Assembly (NCBI GenBank): GCA_019638085.1
Contig: JAHBUL010000014.1
Coordinates: 4,472 to 68,471 of the forward strand
Length of the DNA stretch: 64,000 nt
Direction of reading: 5' to 3'
Source of the DNA: Flavobacteriales bacterium
Lineage (GTDB): Bacteria; Bacteroidota; Bacteroidia; Flavobacteriales_F; PHOS-HE28
Below the pieces are notes generated by a model, which saw nothing but the letters and a program-made list of their open reading frames with translations, had not been told where the DNA came from and ran no database searches. The translations under genes and the position numbers were made by a program. Below are positions 46,616 through 57,362 of this stretch, one piece after another (position 1 is the stretch's first letter; the number at the start of each line of letters is the position of its first letter).

Positions 46616-47740
46616 ATGAAGCCCATCCAAATGGTCGACCTGCTCGGCCAATATGAAAAGATAAAGCCTGAGGTGGATGCCGCCCTGTTGGACGTGATCG
46701 CAAGCACTGCTTTCATCAACGGGCCGGAGGTGAAGGCATTTGAGAAGGAACTCGCCGCATACTTGGGCGTGAAACATGTGATCGCTTGCGGCAATGGCAC
46801 CGATGCGCTGCAGGTGGCCATGATGGCCTTGGGGCTGAAACCCGGTGATGAGGTGATCACCGCTTCGTTCACCTTCGTTGCCACTGTGGAGGTGCTGGCC
46901 CTGCTCGGCCTCGTGCCGGTCTTTGCGGATGTGCTGCCAGGGACCTTCAACTTGGACCCCGCCGATGTGGCCCGCAAAGTGACCCCGCGTACCAAGGCCA
47001 TTGTGCCGGTACACCTGTTCGGGCAGTCGGCGGATATGGATGCCATGCTCGCCATCGCCCGGGAATATGACCTGCGCGTGGTGGAGGATGCCTGCCAGTC
47101 CATCGGTGCGGACCATAGTGGTGCCAACGGAAAACGCAAGTCCGGAACGATCGGTGACATCGGCGTCACCAGCTTCTTCCCCAGCAAGAATTTGGGATGC
47201 TTTGGAGATGGTGGTGCGCTCTTCACGAACGATGATGAACTCGCCCACCGGATACGCCGGGTATGCAACCATGGGAGCGAACAACGCTACTACCATGAGG
47301 TGATCGGGGTGAACAGTCGGCTGGATTCGGTGCAAGCGGCGGTGCTCCGCATCAAATTGCGCCACCTGAATGCGTATGCAAAGGCCCGCAATGCCGCCGC
47401 CGCTGCCTATGACAATGCCTTCTCCCGCGTCAACGACATCACCATTCCTGAACGCAGTACATTCAGCAACCACGTGTTCCATCAATACACGTTGCGGGTC
47501 GCAAACGGCAAACGGGATGCCCTACGAAAGCATCTGGAAGCGGCAGGAATCCCGGCCATGGTCTACTATCCGGTACCCTGTCATCTACAAAATGCGTACA
47601 AGAGCGATCGTTTCCCGGTTGGGTCACTTCCGGTCACTGAGCAGCTCACCGAGGAAGTGATCTCCCTTCCGATGAGCACCGAACTGGACCCGGAACAACT
47701 CGAACACATCACCCGAGCGGTGACGAATTTCCTTAACTAA
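46616..47740 (+). CDS. DegT/DnrJ/EryC1/StrS-family PLP-dependent sugar aminotransferase (WbpE/ArnB-like)
   Basis: Typical N-terminus MKPIQMVDLLGQYEKIKPEVDAALLDVIASTAFINGPEVKAFE and a PLP-lysine region SFFPSKNLG. Confidence 0.85.
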   Translation: MKPIQMVDLLGQYEKIKPEVDAALLDVIASTAFINGPEVKAFEKELAAYLGVKHVIACGNGTDALQVAMMALGLKPGDEVITASFTFVATVEVLALLGLVPVFADVLPGTFNLDPADVARKVTPRTKAIVPVHLFGQSADMDAMLAIAREYDLRVVEDACQSIGADHSGANGKRKSGTIGDIGVTSFFPSKNLGCFGDGGALFTNDDELAHRIRRVCNHGSEQRYYHEVIGVNSRLDSVQAAVLRIKLRHLNAYAKARNAAAAAYDNAFSRVNDITIPERSTFSNHVFHQYTLRVANGKRDALRKHLEAAGIPAMVYYPVPCHLQNAYKSDRFPVGSLPVTEQLTEEVISLPMSTELDPEQLEHITRAVTNFLN

Positions 47741-47787
47741 AAAGCCCCACGGGTGGCTGCGGTCTTTCATGCCGCGAAACCTATAGA

Positions 47788-49125
47788 ATGAACATGAACA
47801 TAGCAGTAGTAGGAACCGGATATGTTGGCCTTGTTACCGGTACATGTTTCGCCGAAACAGGCAACCATGTGATCTGTGTGGATATCGACGAGGAAAAGGT
47901 AAAGAAGCTCAAGGACGGCCAAGTGCCCATCTACGAGCCGCATTTGGATGTCCTTTTCGAACGCAATATCCGCCAAGGCCGCTTATCCTTCACCACGGAC
48001 CTGAAGGAGGCGGTGGACAAGGCACAGATCATTTTCCTTGCGCTGCCCACCCCCCCGGGTGAGGATGGGAGTGCCGACCTGAAGTACGTATTGGGCGTGG
48101 CCAAGGAACTGGGCAAGATCATAACGGATTACAAGGTGATCGTGGACAAGAGCACGGTACCTGTGGGAACGGCGGAGAAGGTCCGTTCTGCGGTGGCCGA
48201 GCATGCCAAGGTGCCCTTCGATGTAGTGAGCAATCCCGAATTTCTACGGGAGGGATTCGCCGTGGACGACTTTCTGAAGCCCGACCGGGTAGTGGTGGGC
48301 ACCAGCAGCGCCCGCGCCCAGAAAGTGATGGAGGACCTGTACAAGCCGTTCGTGCGGCAGGGCAACCCGATCATTTTCATGGACGAACGCAGTGCCGAAC
48401 TCACCAAGTATGCCGCCAACGCTTTCCTCGCCGTGAAGATCACCTTCATGAACGAGATCGCGAACTTCTGTGAAGCCGTAGGTGCCGACGTGGACAAGGT
48501 GCGCATCGGCATTGGCAGCGACAGCCGGATCGGCAAGCGCTTCCTGTTCCCTGGTATCGGCTATGGGGGCTCCTGCTTCCCGAAGGATGTGCAAGCCCTG
48601 GCCAAGAGCGGTGAGGATGCGGGCTACCGCTTCCAGATCATCGAGAGTGTGATGAGGGTGAACGAGCTCCAGAAGACCACCTTGGTGGACAAGATCAAAG
48701 CGCATTATGGAAAGGACCTTCGCGGCAAGCATTTCGCCATGTGGGGCTTGGCCTTCAAGCCGGATACCGATGATATCCGCGAAGCACCCGCGTTGTACAT
48801 GATCGAAGCATTGGTGGAGGCCGGCGCCACAATTACGGCGTTCGACCCGGAGGCGATGGACAATGTGCGCAAGACCATCGGCGACAAAGTGAAGTATGCT
48901 ACCGATGAATACGCCGCACTGGAAAATGCCGACGCCCTTCTGATCGCTACCGAATGGGCCCTTTTCCGCACCCCGAACGTGGAGCGGATGGAGAAGTTGA
49001 TGAAGGAGAAGGTGATCTTCGATGGACGCAACCTCTACGACCTGGACGAAATGAAGGAATTGGGCTATTACTATGTCAGCATAGGCAGACAGCCAATGAA
49101 TGCACCGATCAAAACAAAGGTCTGA
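47788..49125 (+). CDS. ugd: UDP-glucose 6-dehydrogenase
   Basis: NAD-binding N-terminus [14 protein letters not shown] and catalytic-Cys region GGSCFPKD. Confidence 0.9.
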   Translation: MNMNIAVVGTGYVGLVTGTCFAETGNHVICVDIDEEKVKKLKDGQVPIYEPHLDVLFERNIRQGRLSFTTDLKEAVDKAQIIFLALPTPPGEDGSADLKYVLGVAKELGKIITDYKVIVDKSTVPVGTAEKVRSAVAEHAKVPFDVVSNPEFLREGFAVDDFLKPDRVVVGTSSARAQKVMEDLYKPFVRQGNPIIFMDERSAELTKYAANAFLAVKITFMNEIANFCEAVGADVDKVRIGIGSDSRIGKRFLFPGIGYGGSCFPKDVQALAKSGEDAGYRFQIIESVMRVNELQKTTLVDKIKAHYGKDLRGKHFAMWGLAFKPDTDDIREAPALYMIEALVEAGATITAFDPEAMDNVRKTIGDKVKYATDEYAALENADALLIATEWALFRTPNVERMEKLMKEKVIFDGRNLYDLDEMKELGYYYVSIGRQPMNAPIKTKV

Positions 49126-49213
49126 CATGGTCAGGAAAAGCCCTCTCAAATTGGCAAAGGCAAGCACCAAGCGCTCCACGGGCAAAGGGAAGGCTGCTAC
49201 CAAGGGAGCCCGG

Positions 49214-50224
49214 ATGAAGATGGTGAAGCCTGCGGAAAAAGAGCGGGTGCTGATCACCGGTGCCGCCGGCTTCCTGGGTTCACACCTCTGCGACAGGTTC
49301 ATCAAGGAAGGCTATCACGTGATCGCCATGGACAACTTGATCACCGGCCGCCTGAAGAACATCGAACACCTCTTCCAACGATCGGATTTCGAGTTCTACC
49401 ACCACGATGTCTCCAAGTATGTACATGTGCCGGGCAAACTGAAATACATCCTTCATTTCGCTTCACCCGCCAGCCCGATCGACTACTTGAAGATCCCGAT
49501 CCAGACGCTCAAGGTGAGTTCCTTGGGTACGCACAATCTGCTCGGCCTCGCCTTGGCAAAAAAGGCGCGGATCTTGGTGGCCAGCACCAGTGAGGTCTAT
49601 GGCGATCCGCAGGTACATCCCCAAACGGAGGACTACTGGGGCCATGTGAACACCGTGGGTCCACGCGGCGTGTACGACGAAGCCAAACGCTTCCAGGAAG
49701 CCCTCACCATGGCCTACCACACCTATCACGGTCTGGAGACACGTATTGTACGCATCTTCAACACCTATGGTCCGCGCATGCGGCTCAATGATGGTCGTGT
49801 GCTACCAGCCTTCATTGGCCAAGCTTTGCGCGGTGAAGACCTCACCATATTCGGCAAGGGAAACCAGACCCGCAGCTTCTGCTATGTGGACGATCTGATC
49901 GATGGCATATACCGCCTGCTCAAGAGTGATTACCCGGGCCCTGTGAACGTTGGTAATCCGGCAGAGATCACTATCAAGCAGTTCGCACAGGAGATCGTGA
50001 AGCTTACCGGGACCAAACAAAAGCTGGTGTACAAGCCGCTGCCGCAAGACGATCCCATGCAACGCCGCCCGGACATCACCTTGGCCAAAAAGCTGCTGAA
50101 GTGGGAGCCGAAGGTCTCACGCGCCGAAGGCTTGAAGATCACTTACGACTACTTCAAAGGCCTTTCCAAGGACGAACTGCACGAGAAGGAGCACAACACT
50201 TTCGAGGGGTACGTGCGCAAGTGA
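49214..50224 (+). CDS. UDP-glucuronate decarboxylase (UDP-xylose synthase), SDR family
   Basis: [14 protein letters not shown], the catalytic YDEAKR (YxxxK) and HPQTEDYWG. An alternative upstream ATG at 49127 would add a 29-aa basic N-terminal extension. Confidence 0.85.
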   Translation: MKMVKPAEKERVLITGAAGFLGSHLCDRFIKEGYHVIAMDNLITGRLKNIEHLFQRSDFEFYHHDVSKYVHVPGKLKYILHFASPASPIDYLKIPIQTLKVSSLGTHNLLGLALAKKARILVASTSEVYGDPQVHPQTEDYWGHVNTVGPRGVYDEAKRFQEALTMAYHTYHGLETRIVRIFNTYGPRMRLNDGRVLPAFIGQALRGEDLTIFGKGNQTRSFCYVDDLIDGIYRLLKSDYPGPVNVGNPAEITIKQFAQEIVKLTGTKQKLVYKPLPQDDPMQRRPDITLAKKLLKWEPKVSRAEGLKITYDYFKGLSKDELHEKEHNTFEGYVRK

Positions 50225-50413
50225 CAGGTTATCCACCGATTACACTGATTACGCCGATTTTTGGTTCAGTGGCCTCGTTGCGCATTTGATCGGCTCATCT
50301 CCTCCATCGATGTGATCGGCGAACTCAGTGGAGAACATCAGCAAGCCGTGAACGAGAATCCCAACACCAATCGGTGAAATCGGCGTAACCGGTGGAAAGA
50401 ACAAATCCGTGGA

Positions 50414-51220
50414 ATGAAGTTGCGTGTAGCCGGCGTGCCCGAGCCTTACAACCTGCCCTGGCACCTGGCGATGGAAAAGCGCCTGTTCGCTGCAGCGGGA
50501 ATTGAGCTGGACTGGCATGTGGTGCATGAAGGCACGGGCCGCATGTGCCAGATGCTCCACGATGGAGAGTTGGACATGGCCGTGCTGGTCACCGAGGGCG
50601 CGCAGCGCGATGTACTCGTTGGTGGCCCGCACCGCATTGTGAGCACTTTCGTGGAAAGCGCGTTGCCATGGGGCGTTCACGTGCCTGCTTCCTCCGGCCT
50701 GCTGGCTGCTGACCTCAAAGGCGTTCCCTATGCCATCAGTCGCCCGGGCAGCGGCAGTCACATCATGGCCATGCTCCACGCTGAAAAGCTCGGTTGGCGC
50801 CCCTTGGACGAGGATCTGGAAGTGGTCCACAATATGGCTGGTGCAGCCAAGCGCTTGCAGCAGGACCCACCGGCGATCTTCCTATGGGAGCGCTATGTCA
50901 CACATCAATACGTGGACGCGGGCATCATGCGCTGCGTGGACGTGATACGCGCACCATGGCCCGGCTTCGTCATCACCGCCCGTAAGGATTTTTTTGAGCA
51001 ACATGCCGAAGTGATCGAGCAGTCGCTGGCGATCCTGCGCAGCGAGGCGGAAGCGTTGAAGGACGGACCGCACACAGCGGAACTGGTGATGCAGAACGCC
51101 GGATTCAGTGAAGAGTTGGCCCATGAGTGGCTGCAGCATGCACGTTGGAAGGTTGCTCCACCGGAAGCGGGAGCCTTCGACAACCTCACCGCTACGCTGC
51201 GGCAGTTGGGACTGGTATAG
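50414..51220 (+). CDS. Periplasmic-binding-protein-fold cytoplasmic protein (NMT1/THI5- or MqnA/MqnD-like); function uncertain
   Basis: No signal peptide. The N-terminus LRVAGVPEPYNLPWHL resembles the MqnA and NMT1 family starts. Confidence 0.4.
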   Translation: MKLRVAGVPEPYNLPWHLAMEKRLFAAAGIELDWHVVHEGTGRMCQMLHDGELDMAVLVTEGAQRDVLVGGPHRIVSTFVESALPWGVHVPASSGLLAADLKGVPYAISRPGSGSHIMAMLHAEKLGWRPLDEDLEVVHNMAGAAKRLQQDPPAIFLWERYVTHQYVDAGIMRCVDVIRAPWPGFVITARKDFFEQHAEVIEQSLAILRSEAEALKDGPHTAELVMQNAGFSEELAHEWLQHARWKVAPPEAGAFDNLTATLRQLGLV

Positions 51221-51327
51221 GTCCATCAAGGAGCGCAGCAAGCGCAGCTCCAGCAAGGTCCCAGCAGCCATTGCTCCATCAAGGACTCACGGAGTGGACC
51301 TCAATGCCAGAGAATGCCTGCACGATC

Positions 51328-51948
51328 CTACCCTCTTCCCGCGAGCCAGGTCCACACCCCGGCCACCACCAGCACCATGCCCACCGCACGGAACACCAGG
51401 ACCATGGTCTTCCCCGCCATGCGTTCCCGCATATGTCCACCCAAACGGATCAGCAGCAGCAACAGGATCATGGCGCCAATGAAGGCACCGAGACTAAAAC
51501 CGACCAGTGCGCCCCAGCCATGGATCTTTAACCCCATGGCCTCCATGCCCAAGCGCACACCGCACCAGAACAGCGCCAGTTGGGGATTCATCAACCCCAG
51601 TAGGAGGCCCTTTCCGAACCCGCTTCGTTTTGGCAATTCCTCGGCGGCATGTAACGGCCGCATGAAGAAGAGGAAGTAGCCCCCCAGCACCACGAGCACC
51701 ACCCCGGTGATGATCCCCGCCGAAATACCGAAACGCGATGTGAAAGCCAACACCCTATCTGCGGCAAGGAAGGCCAGAGCCGCATAAAGAAACTCTGGAA
51801 GCGCGCCACCGAACGCGGTGTTGCGCGCCACCACCGGGCCGTGCCGCAGGGTAGCCGCCAGCACGGCAGTGTTGACCAAGCCCGCCTGCAGCGAACCGAT
51901 AAAACTGGCCACAGTGGCCACCAGCAAGGCAAGCAGGGCTTCCGTCAT
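51328..51948 (-). CDS. LysE/RhtB-family amino-acid exporter
   Basis: A 206-aa protein with 6 TM segments and a LysE-type N-terminus MTEALLALLVATVASFIGSLQAGLVNTAV. The upstream 132 codons in the ORF track were rejected. Confidence 0.75.
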   Translation of the reverse strand: MTEALLALLVATVASFIGSLQAGLVNTAVLAATLRHGPVVARNTAFGGALPEFLYAALAFLAADRVLAFTSRFGISAGIITGVVLVVLGGYFLFFMRPLHAAEELPKRSGFGKGLLLGLMNPQLALFWCGVRLGMEAMGLKIHGWGALVGFSLGAFIGAMILLLLLIRLGGHMRERMAGKTMVLVFRAVGMVLVVAGVWTWLAGRG

Positions 51949-52147
51949 GGACGGCGGCAAGGTAGCGCCGGGCAATTTTGCTCGAACCTCTTCAAGGCAT
52001 TGAAACAAGGATCGTATGCCCCATCTCGGGAAAGTCGAATCCCACTTGGAGGCCATCGATGGACTTGAAGAAGTATCAAAGATCAACTGTGTTGGCCCGG
52101 AACCATCAGGCTTTCCCGGGCAAGGCGTTACTTTCGCGCTCCTTTCC

Positions 52148-52723
52148 ATGAGCGAATACACCGCCCACCCTACCGCCGTGATCGACGAGGGCTGCACCAT
52201 CGGCGCAGGCACCCGGATCTGGCACTTCAGCCACATCATGCCGGGCTGCACCATTGGCCGGAACTGCAACATTGGGCAGAACGTGGTGGTGAGCCCGCAG
52301 GTGAAGCTCGGCGACAACGTGAAGGTGCAGAACAACGTGAGCATCTACACCGGCGTGGAATGCGAGGATGACGTTTTCCTCGGTCCCAGTTGCGTGTTCA
52401 CCAACGTGATCAATCCGCGCAGTGCGGTGAACCGGCGCGGGGAGTACCTGCGCACCTTGGTGAAGAAGGGTGCCACCATCGGAGCTAATGCCACGATCGT
52501 TTGCGGACACGATATCGGTCGCTATGCCTTTATTGCCGCCGGTGCCGTGGTGACCAAGGAGGTGCCCGATCATGCGTTGGTGATGGGAAATCCTGCCCGC
52601 CGCACAGGCTGGATGAGCGAATTTGGGCACAAGCTGAATTTCGATGCGAGCGGCAATGCGACCTGCCCGGAAAGCGGCCAGCGCTATACCCTGAAGGATG
52701 ATCAAGTCCAACGAAGCACATGA
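52148..52723 (+). CDS. Hexapeptide-repeat sugar N-acetyltransferase (WbpD/PglD-like)
   Basis: Closely parallels WbpD: [25 protein letters not shown]...[10 protein letters not shown]...[20 protein letters not shown]. It is a left-handed beta-helix protein. Start is at the ATG at 52148. Confidence 0.8.
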   Translation: MSEYTAHPTAVIDEGCTIGAGTRIWHFSHIMPGCTIGRNCNIGQNVVVSPQVKLGDNVKVQNNVSIYTGVECEDDVFLGPSCVFTNVINPRSAVNRRGEYLRTLVKKGATIGANATIVCGHDIGRYAFIAAGAVVTKEVPDHALVMGNPARRTGWMSEFGHKLNFDASGNATCPESGQRYTLKDDQVQRST

Positions 52724-53754
52724 CATCCGAAGAAAAGAAGGTGAAATTCGCGGTGGTGGGCTGCGGCCATATCGGTAAGCGGCATGCGGAGATGATCTCA
52801 CGCAATCCGGAGAGCCAATTGGTGGCCCTGTGCGACGTGAAGCCCAAGGAAGCACTGGGCCTTGATGCTTTTGATGTTCCCTACTTCACCGATGCAGCGG
52901 CCATGTTGGATGCCGTGCCGGAGATCGAGGTGGTGAACATTTGCACGCCGAATGGTCTCCATGCGCCCTTGAGCCTGCTCGCACTCGACCGCGGAAAGCA
53001 CGTGGTGTGCGAGAAGCCGATGGGCCTCACCAAGGCCAGTTGCGAAGCCGTCCTCTCCAAGGCCCTCCAGAAACACCGGCATGTGTTCGGTGTGATGCAG
53101 AACCGCTACAGTCCCCCCAGCGAATGGATGAAGGAAATGGTGGAGGAAAAGCGCCTCGGTGACATCTTTCTGGTGCAGGTGAACTGCTACTGGAACCGCG
53201 ATGAGCGCTACTACAAGAAGGATGGTTGGAAAGGCACCGCCGATCTGGATGGCGGTACGCTCTTCACGCAGTTCAGCCACTTTGTGGACATCATGTACTG
53301 GCTTTTTGGCGACATCACCGACATCCAAGGTCGATTCGCGGATTTCAACCACAAGGACCTCACCGCTTTCGAGGACAGTGGCTTAGTAAGCTTCCGATTC
53401 CTGAACGGCGGTTTGGGTTGCCTGAATTATTCCACCAGTGTGTGGGACAAGAACCTCGAGAGCAGCATCACCGTGATCGGCAGCAAGGGCAGCATCAAGA
53501 TCGGGGGGCAGTACATGGACCAAGTGGAAGTGTGCCATGTTCAGGATTACACCATGCCGGAACTGCCACCCACCAATCCGGCCAACGACTACGGTGCCTA
53601 CAAGGGCAGCGCCAGCAACCACCACTACATCATCGAGAACGTGGTGGACACCTTGAAAGGCAGGAAATCCATGACCACCAATGCACTTGAAGGCATGAAG
53701 GTGATCGATATCATTGAACGCATTTACCAAAAGAGGGATGAGCGACCTGTATGA
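52720..53754 (+). CDS. Gfo/Idh/MocA-family NAD-dependent sugar oxidoreductase (WbpB-like UDP-GlcNAcA 3-dehydrogenase candidate)
   Basis: Rossmann-fold N-terminus [14 protein letters not shown] and an EKP motif (VVCEKPMG). Confidence 0.8.
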   Translation: MTSEEKKVKFAVVGCGHIGKRHAEMISRNPESQLVALCDVKPKEALGLDAFDVPYFTDAAAMLDAVPEIEVVNICTPNGLHAPLSLLALDRGKHVVCEKPMGLTKASCEAVLSKALQKHRHVFGVMQNRYSPPSEWMKEMVEEKRLGDIFLVQVNCYWNRDERYYKKDGWKGTADLDGGTLFTQFSHFVDIMYWLFGDITDIQGRFADFNHKDLTAFEDSGLVSFRFLNGGLGCLNYSTSVWDKNLESSITVIGSKGSIKIGGQYMDQVEVCHVQDYTMPELPPTNPANDYGAYKGSASNHHYIIENVVDTLKGRKSMTTNALEGMKVIDIIERIYQKRDERPV

Positions 53755-55036
53755 ACGACTGAAGCGGAAGGAGGCCAAGATGGCCGTGATCGGACTGGGT
53801 TACGTGGGACTTCCCATCGCGTTGGCCTTCGCACGTAAGATCAAGGTGGTAGGCTTCGATATCAACGCCGAGCGCGTGGAAATGATGCGCCGAGGCGAGG
53901 ATCCCAGCGAGGAGCTGTCAAAGGAGGCATTCGACGGTGTCGATATTCATTTCACGGCCGACATCAACGACCTGAAGGAGGTGGAGTTCTATATTGTAGC
54001 CGTACCCACCCCGATCGACCAGCAGAACATTCCGGACCTGACCCCGCTCCTTTCGGCAACGCGCACCGTGGGTAAAGTGTTGAAGAAAGGGGACCACGTG
54101 GTTTTTGAGAGCACCGTGTACCCGGGCTGTACCGAGGAGGATTGCGTGCCGGTGCTGGAGGAACTAAGCGGCCTCACCTACATTACGGATTTCAAGGTGG
54201 GCTATTCCCCGGAGCGGATCAATCCGGGTGACAAGGTGCATACCTTGGAAAACATCGTGAAAGTGACCAGTGGTTGCGATGCGGAGAGTGCTGAGACCGT
54301 GGCCAAAGTGTACGAAATGGTAGTGGCGGCCGGTGTCCATCGGGCCTCCAGCATCAAGGTGGCCGAAGCCGCGAAGATCATCGAGAACACCCAGCGCGAT
54401 GTGAACATCGCCCTCACGAACGAGCTGTCCATCATCTTCAACCGGATGGGCATCAACACTTTCGATGTACTGGAGGCGGCAGGTACCAAATGGAATTTCC
54501 TCCGCTTCCAACCCGGCCTGGTTGGTGGCCACTGCATCGGTGTGGATCCATACTACCTCGTGTTCAAAGCCAAGGAACTGGGATATCACGCGCAGATCAT
54601 CGATAGCGGTCGTTTCGTGAACGACAGCATGGGTGGCTATGTAGCCAAGCAGACAGTGAAGAAGATCATTGCCACGGGTACCAACCCAACCGACTCCCGC
54701 GTGTTGGTAATGGGTGCCACCTTCAAGGAAAACGTGAGCGACATCCGCAACAGCAAGGTGGCTGATGTGGTGAAGGAGCTGAAGAGCTTCAGCGTGCAGG
54801 TGGACGTGGCCGACCCACACGCTGACAGCGACCACGTGAAGAATGAGTACGGCTATGGCCTCGTGCCCTCGGTCAATGGCCCGTACGATGCCATCATCGT
54901 AGCGGTGAACCATGCTGAATACGCCGACTACGACGAACAATGGTTCCGTGGCCATCTCAAGCCAAATGGTATCTTGGTGGACCTGAAGGGTACTTACCGC
55001 AAAAGTGTGAAGGACCTGAACTACTGGAGCCTTTGA
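53738..55036 (+). CDS. UDP-N-acetyl-D-glucosamine (or ManNAc) 6-dehydrogenase (WbpA/WecC-like)
   Basis: MAVIGLGYVGLP and a GGHCIGVDP catalytic Cys. The ORF-track start is TTG at 53714, so the ATG at 53738 was chosen. Confidence 0.85.
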   Translation: MSDLYERLKRKEAKMAVIGLGYVGLPIALAFARKIKVVGFDINAERVEMMRRGEDPSEELSKEAFDGVDIHFTADINDLKEVEFYIVAVPTPIDQQNIPDLTPLLSATRTVGKVLKKGDHVVFESTVYPGCTEEDCVPVLEELSGLTYITDFKVGYSPERINPGDKVHTLENIVKVTSGCDAESAETVAKVYEMVVAAGVHRASSIKVAEAAKIIENTQRDVNIALTNELSIIFNRMGINTFDVLEAAGTKWNFLRFQPGLVGGHCIGVDPYYLVFKAKELGYHAQIIDSGRFVNDSMGGYVAKQTVKKIIATGTNPTDSRVLVMGATFKENVSDIRNSKVADVVKELKSFSVQVDVADPHADSDHVKNEYGYGLVPSVNGPYDAIIVAVNHAEYADYDEQWFRGHLKPNGILVDLKGTYRKSVKDLNYWSL

Positions 55037-55161
55037 TCATGGGCATGGAAGCTCCCGTTCCACAGGATGACAAGCAACGACCGAACGATCGCACCTTCGT
55101 TTTCCGCGCTCCGGAGGAACTGGATGGTCGACCCGCCCAAAAACGAATTGCCACGAACAAC

Positions 55162-56220
55162 ATGCAATCCAGAACGATCCTGATCACCGGCGGTGCCGGC
55201 TTTATCGGCAGCCATCTGATCCGGCTGTTCGTGAACAAGTATCCGCACTATCGCATCGTAAACCTGGATGCGCTCACCTATGCGGGGAATTTGGAGAATC
55301 TGCGCGATGTGGAACAGGCGACGAATTACAGCTTCATCAAAGCGGATATCCGCGATGCGGATGTTCTGAGCCAACTCTTCGCCGAACACAACTTCGACAG
55401 TGTGATCCACTTGGCCGCGGAAAGCCATGTGGACCGTAGCATCAGCGACCCCATGGCCTTCGTACAGACCAATGTGATCGGCACAGTGAACCTGCTGAAC
55501 GTGGCCAAGACAGCTTGGAAAGGAAAGTTTGAAGGGAAGCGATTCTACCATGTAAGCACCGATGAGGTCTATGGATCGTTGCACGATGGTGGCTTTTTCA
55601 CGGAGGAAACCTCGTACGACCCTAAAAGTCCGTACAGTGCCAGCAAAGGAGCCAGTGATCACTTTGTACGTGCCTACGGGAACACGTACAACTTGCCCTT
55701 CGTGATCAGCAACTGTAGCAACAACTACGGCAGCCATCAATTCCCGGAGAAGCTGATCCCGTTGATGATCCACAACCTACGCGAAGGCAAGCCCTTGCCC
55801 GTATATGGGAAGGGGGAGAACGTGCGGGACTGGCTCTGGGTGGAGGACCATGCGCGCGCCATCGATGTGGTGTTCCACGAAGGCAAGGACGGTGAGACCT
55901 ACAACATCGGTGGGCACAACGAGTGGAAGAACATTGACCTGATCCATGTGTTGTGTTCCGTAATGGATAAGAAACTTGGCCGTACAGCTGGTGAAAGCGC
56001 CAAACAGATCACCTACGTTACCGACCGTGCCGGTCACGACCTGCGCTACGCCATTGATGCCTCCAAGATCGATCGCGAGCTGGGTTGGAAGCCGAGCATC
56101 ACCTTCGAACATGGCTTGGAACAGACCGTGGATTGGTACCTTGCAAATGACCAATGGTTGCGGGACGTCACCACCGGTGCGTACCGCGAATACTACGATG
56201 AGCAGTACGCCAAACGTTGA
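55162..56220 (+). CDS. rfbB: dTDP-glucose 4,6-dehydratase
   Basis: ILITGGAGFIGSHL, the catalytic YSASKGASD (YxxxK) and NCSNNYGSHQFPEKLIP. It is 352 aa from the ATG at 55162. Confidence 0.9.
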   Translation: MQSRTILITGGAGFIGSHLIRLFVNKYPHYRIVNLDALTYAGNLENLRDVEQATNYSFIKADIRDADVLSQLFAEHNFDSVIHLAAESHVDRSISDPMAFVQTNVIGTVNLLNVAKTAWKGKFEGKRFYHVSTDEVYGSLHDGGFFTEETSYDPKSPYSASKGASDHFVRAYGNTYNLPFVISNCSNNYGSHQFPEKLIPLMIHNLREGKPLPVYGKGENVRDWLWVEDHARAIDVVFHEGKDGETYNIGGHNEWKNIDLIHVLCSVMDKKLGRTAGESAKQITYVTDRAGHDLRYAIDASKIDRELGWKPSITFEHGLEQTVDWYLANDQWLRDVTTGAYREYYDEQYAKR

Positions 56221-56969
56221 TGGGCATCCTGGGGAATCTCTTTGGTAAAGGGCGGCAGGCCCTGCCGCCGGTGGATCTGGGTATACTGAAATGTGATGTG
56301 CATTCGCATTTCATCCCCGGTATCGATGATGGCGCTCCCACCATTGAGGCCAGCATGGAACTGCTCCGCGCCATGCACGAGCTGGGCTACCAAAAAGTGA
56401 TCACAACCCCGCACAGCATGGCGGACGGCTATAAGAATCCGCCGGAGGTGATCCTGGGCGGCTTGGAAAAAGTGCGGCGCGCCGTAAAGGAAGAGAAGCT
56501 TTCGATCGAAGTGGATGCCGCTGCGGAATACTACCTGGATCATGCGCTACAGGAGAAGATCGCTGCTCAACAACTGCTCACCTTCGGTACGGACATGGTG
56601 CTCTTCGAGCTACCGTTCATCAGCGAACCGGCCGTTCTGTTGAGCATCGTATTCGAGATGCAGACCCAAGGCTACCGACCTGTTCTGGCCCATCCGGAGC
56701 GCTATCAGTTCTGGCATACCGACATGGGCATGATGGAGAAACTGAAGGACCGCAAAGTGCTGTTCCAGCTGAACATCATCGCCTTGGCCGGGGCGTACGG
56801 GCCAGCAGTAAAAAAGGCCGCGGAAAAGATCGCCGACAAGGGTTGGTATGAGCTCGTGGGCAGCGATTGCCACAGCATGAAGCACATTGAAGCGATGCAA
56901 GCCGCACGGACCGAGCCCTATTTGCACAAGCTGATCGACAACGGGAAGCTATTGAACGCGGGGTTATAG
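56220..56969 (+). CDS. PHP-domain Mn-dependent protein-tyrosine phosphatase (CpsB/CapC/YwqE-like)
   Basis: N-terminal DVHSHFIPGIDDG and a C-terminal His-rich PHP motif (AHPERY; DCHS). TGATG overlap with rfbB. Confidence 0.75.
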   Translation: MGILGNLFGKGRQALPPVDLGILKCDVHSHFIPGIDDGAPTIEASMELLRAMHELGYQKVITTPHSMADGYKNPPEVILGGLEKVRRAVKEEKLSIEVDAAAEYYLDHALQEKIAAQQLLTFGTDMVLFELPFISEPAVLLSIVFEMQTQGYRPVLAHPERYQFWHTDMGMMEKLKDRKVLFQLNIIALAGAYGPAVKKAAEKIADKGWYELVGSDCHSMKHIEAMQAARTEPYLHKLIDNGKLLNAGL

Positions 56970-57362
56970 GGGCGGTTCCTGGGCCTTCTTGGAGGTGCCC
57001 CAAAGCAAGGAGATCGAGCACGCTTCGATTCCCGCGACCAAGGAAATGGTCGCGCGCTTGTAGTGGTGAACACCACCCTCTTCGGTGCGTTCATGCAGAA
57101 TTACGGGTGTTCACGCACCGGCCTGTCCAAGCCTCGAGTTTGGCCCAAGTCCAATGCGGGGGACTCCACCTCATCGGTAGTGGAAAGGCAACCGGATCAG
57201 CGAGTTTCGCCGGGACTTTGGAGCGCGGCACCAGTGTACAGCCTACACATTTCGCCGAATCCACGTGTTAATGTTTTGTCAATGTCAGACAGGGGCATAG
57301 GCGGCATAACAGACCTTCACAATCGCTAACATACATCTCTAGTCCACCCACCCCACCGCCCA

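Noticed and set aside
48244-49305. 353-aa minus-strand ORF over ugd and UXS
   Set aside because: Antisense to two well-supported sugar-nucleotide enzymes. The product is low complexity.
50225-50413. 189-bp leader upstream of the MqnA/NMT1-like gene, with short tandem motifs (gattac..., aatcggtgaaatcggcg) considered as a riboswitch
   Set aside because: No match to any riboswitch consensus I can recognise by eye. Left unannotated.
51949-52344. N-terminal 132 codons of the 338-aa ORF 51328-52344
   Set aside because: Only the C-terminal 206 aa look like a LysE/RhtB exporter. The upstream part is non-hydrophobic and Cys/Pro-rich, so the start was moved to the ATG at 51948.
56970-57362. 393-bp non-coding gap examined for a structured RNA gene (RNase P RNA, tmRNA, SRP RNA, tRNA)
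   Set aside because: No GGAAAGUCCGG-type P4 motif, no tRNA-like 3' end and no cloverleaf were visible. Only a weak imperfect hairpin lies near 57075-57120. It is probably promoter and leader of the tail-fibre-like gene.
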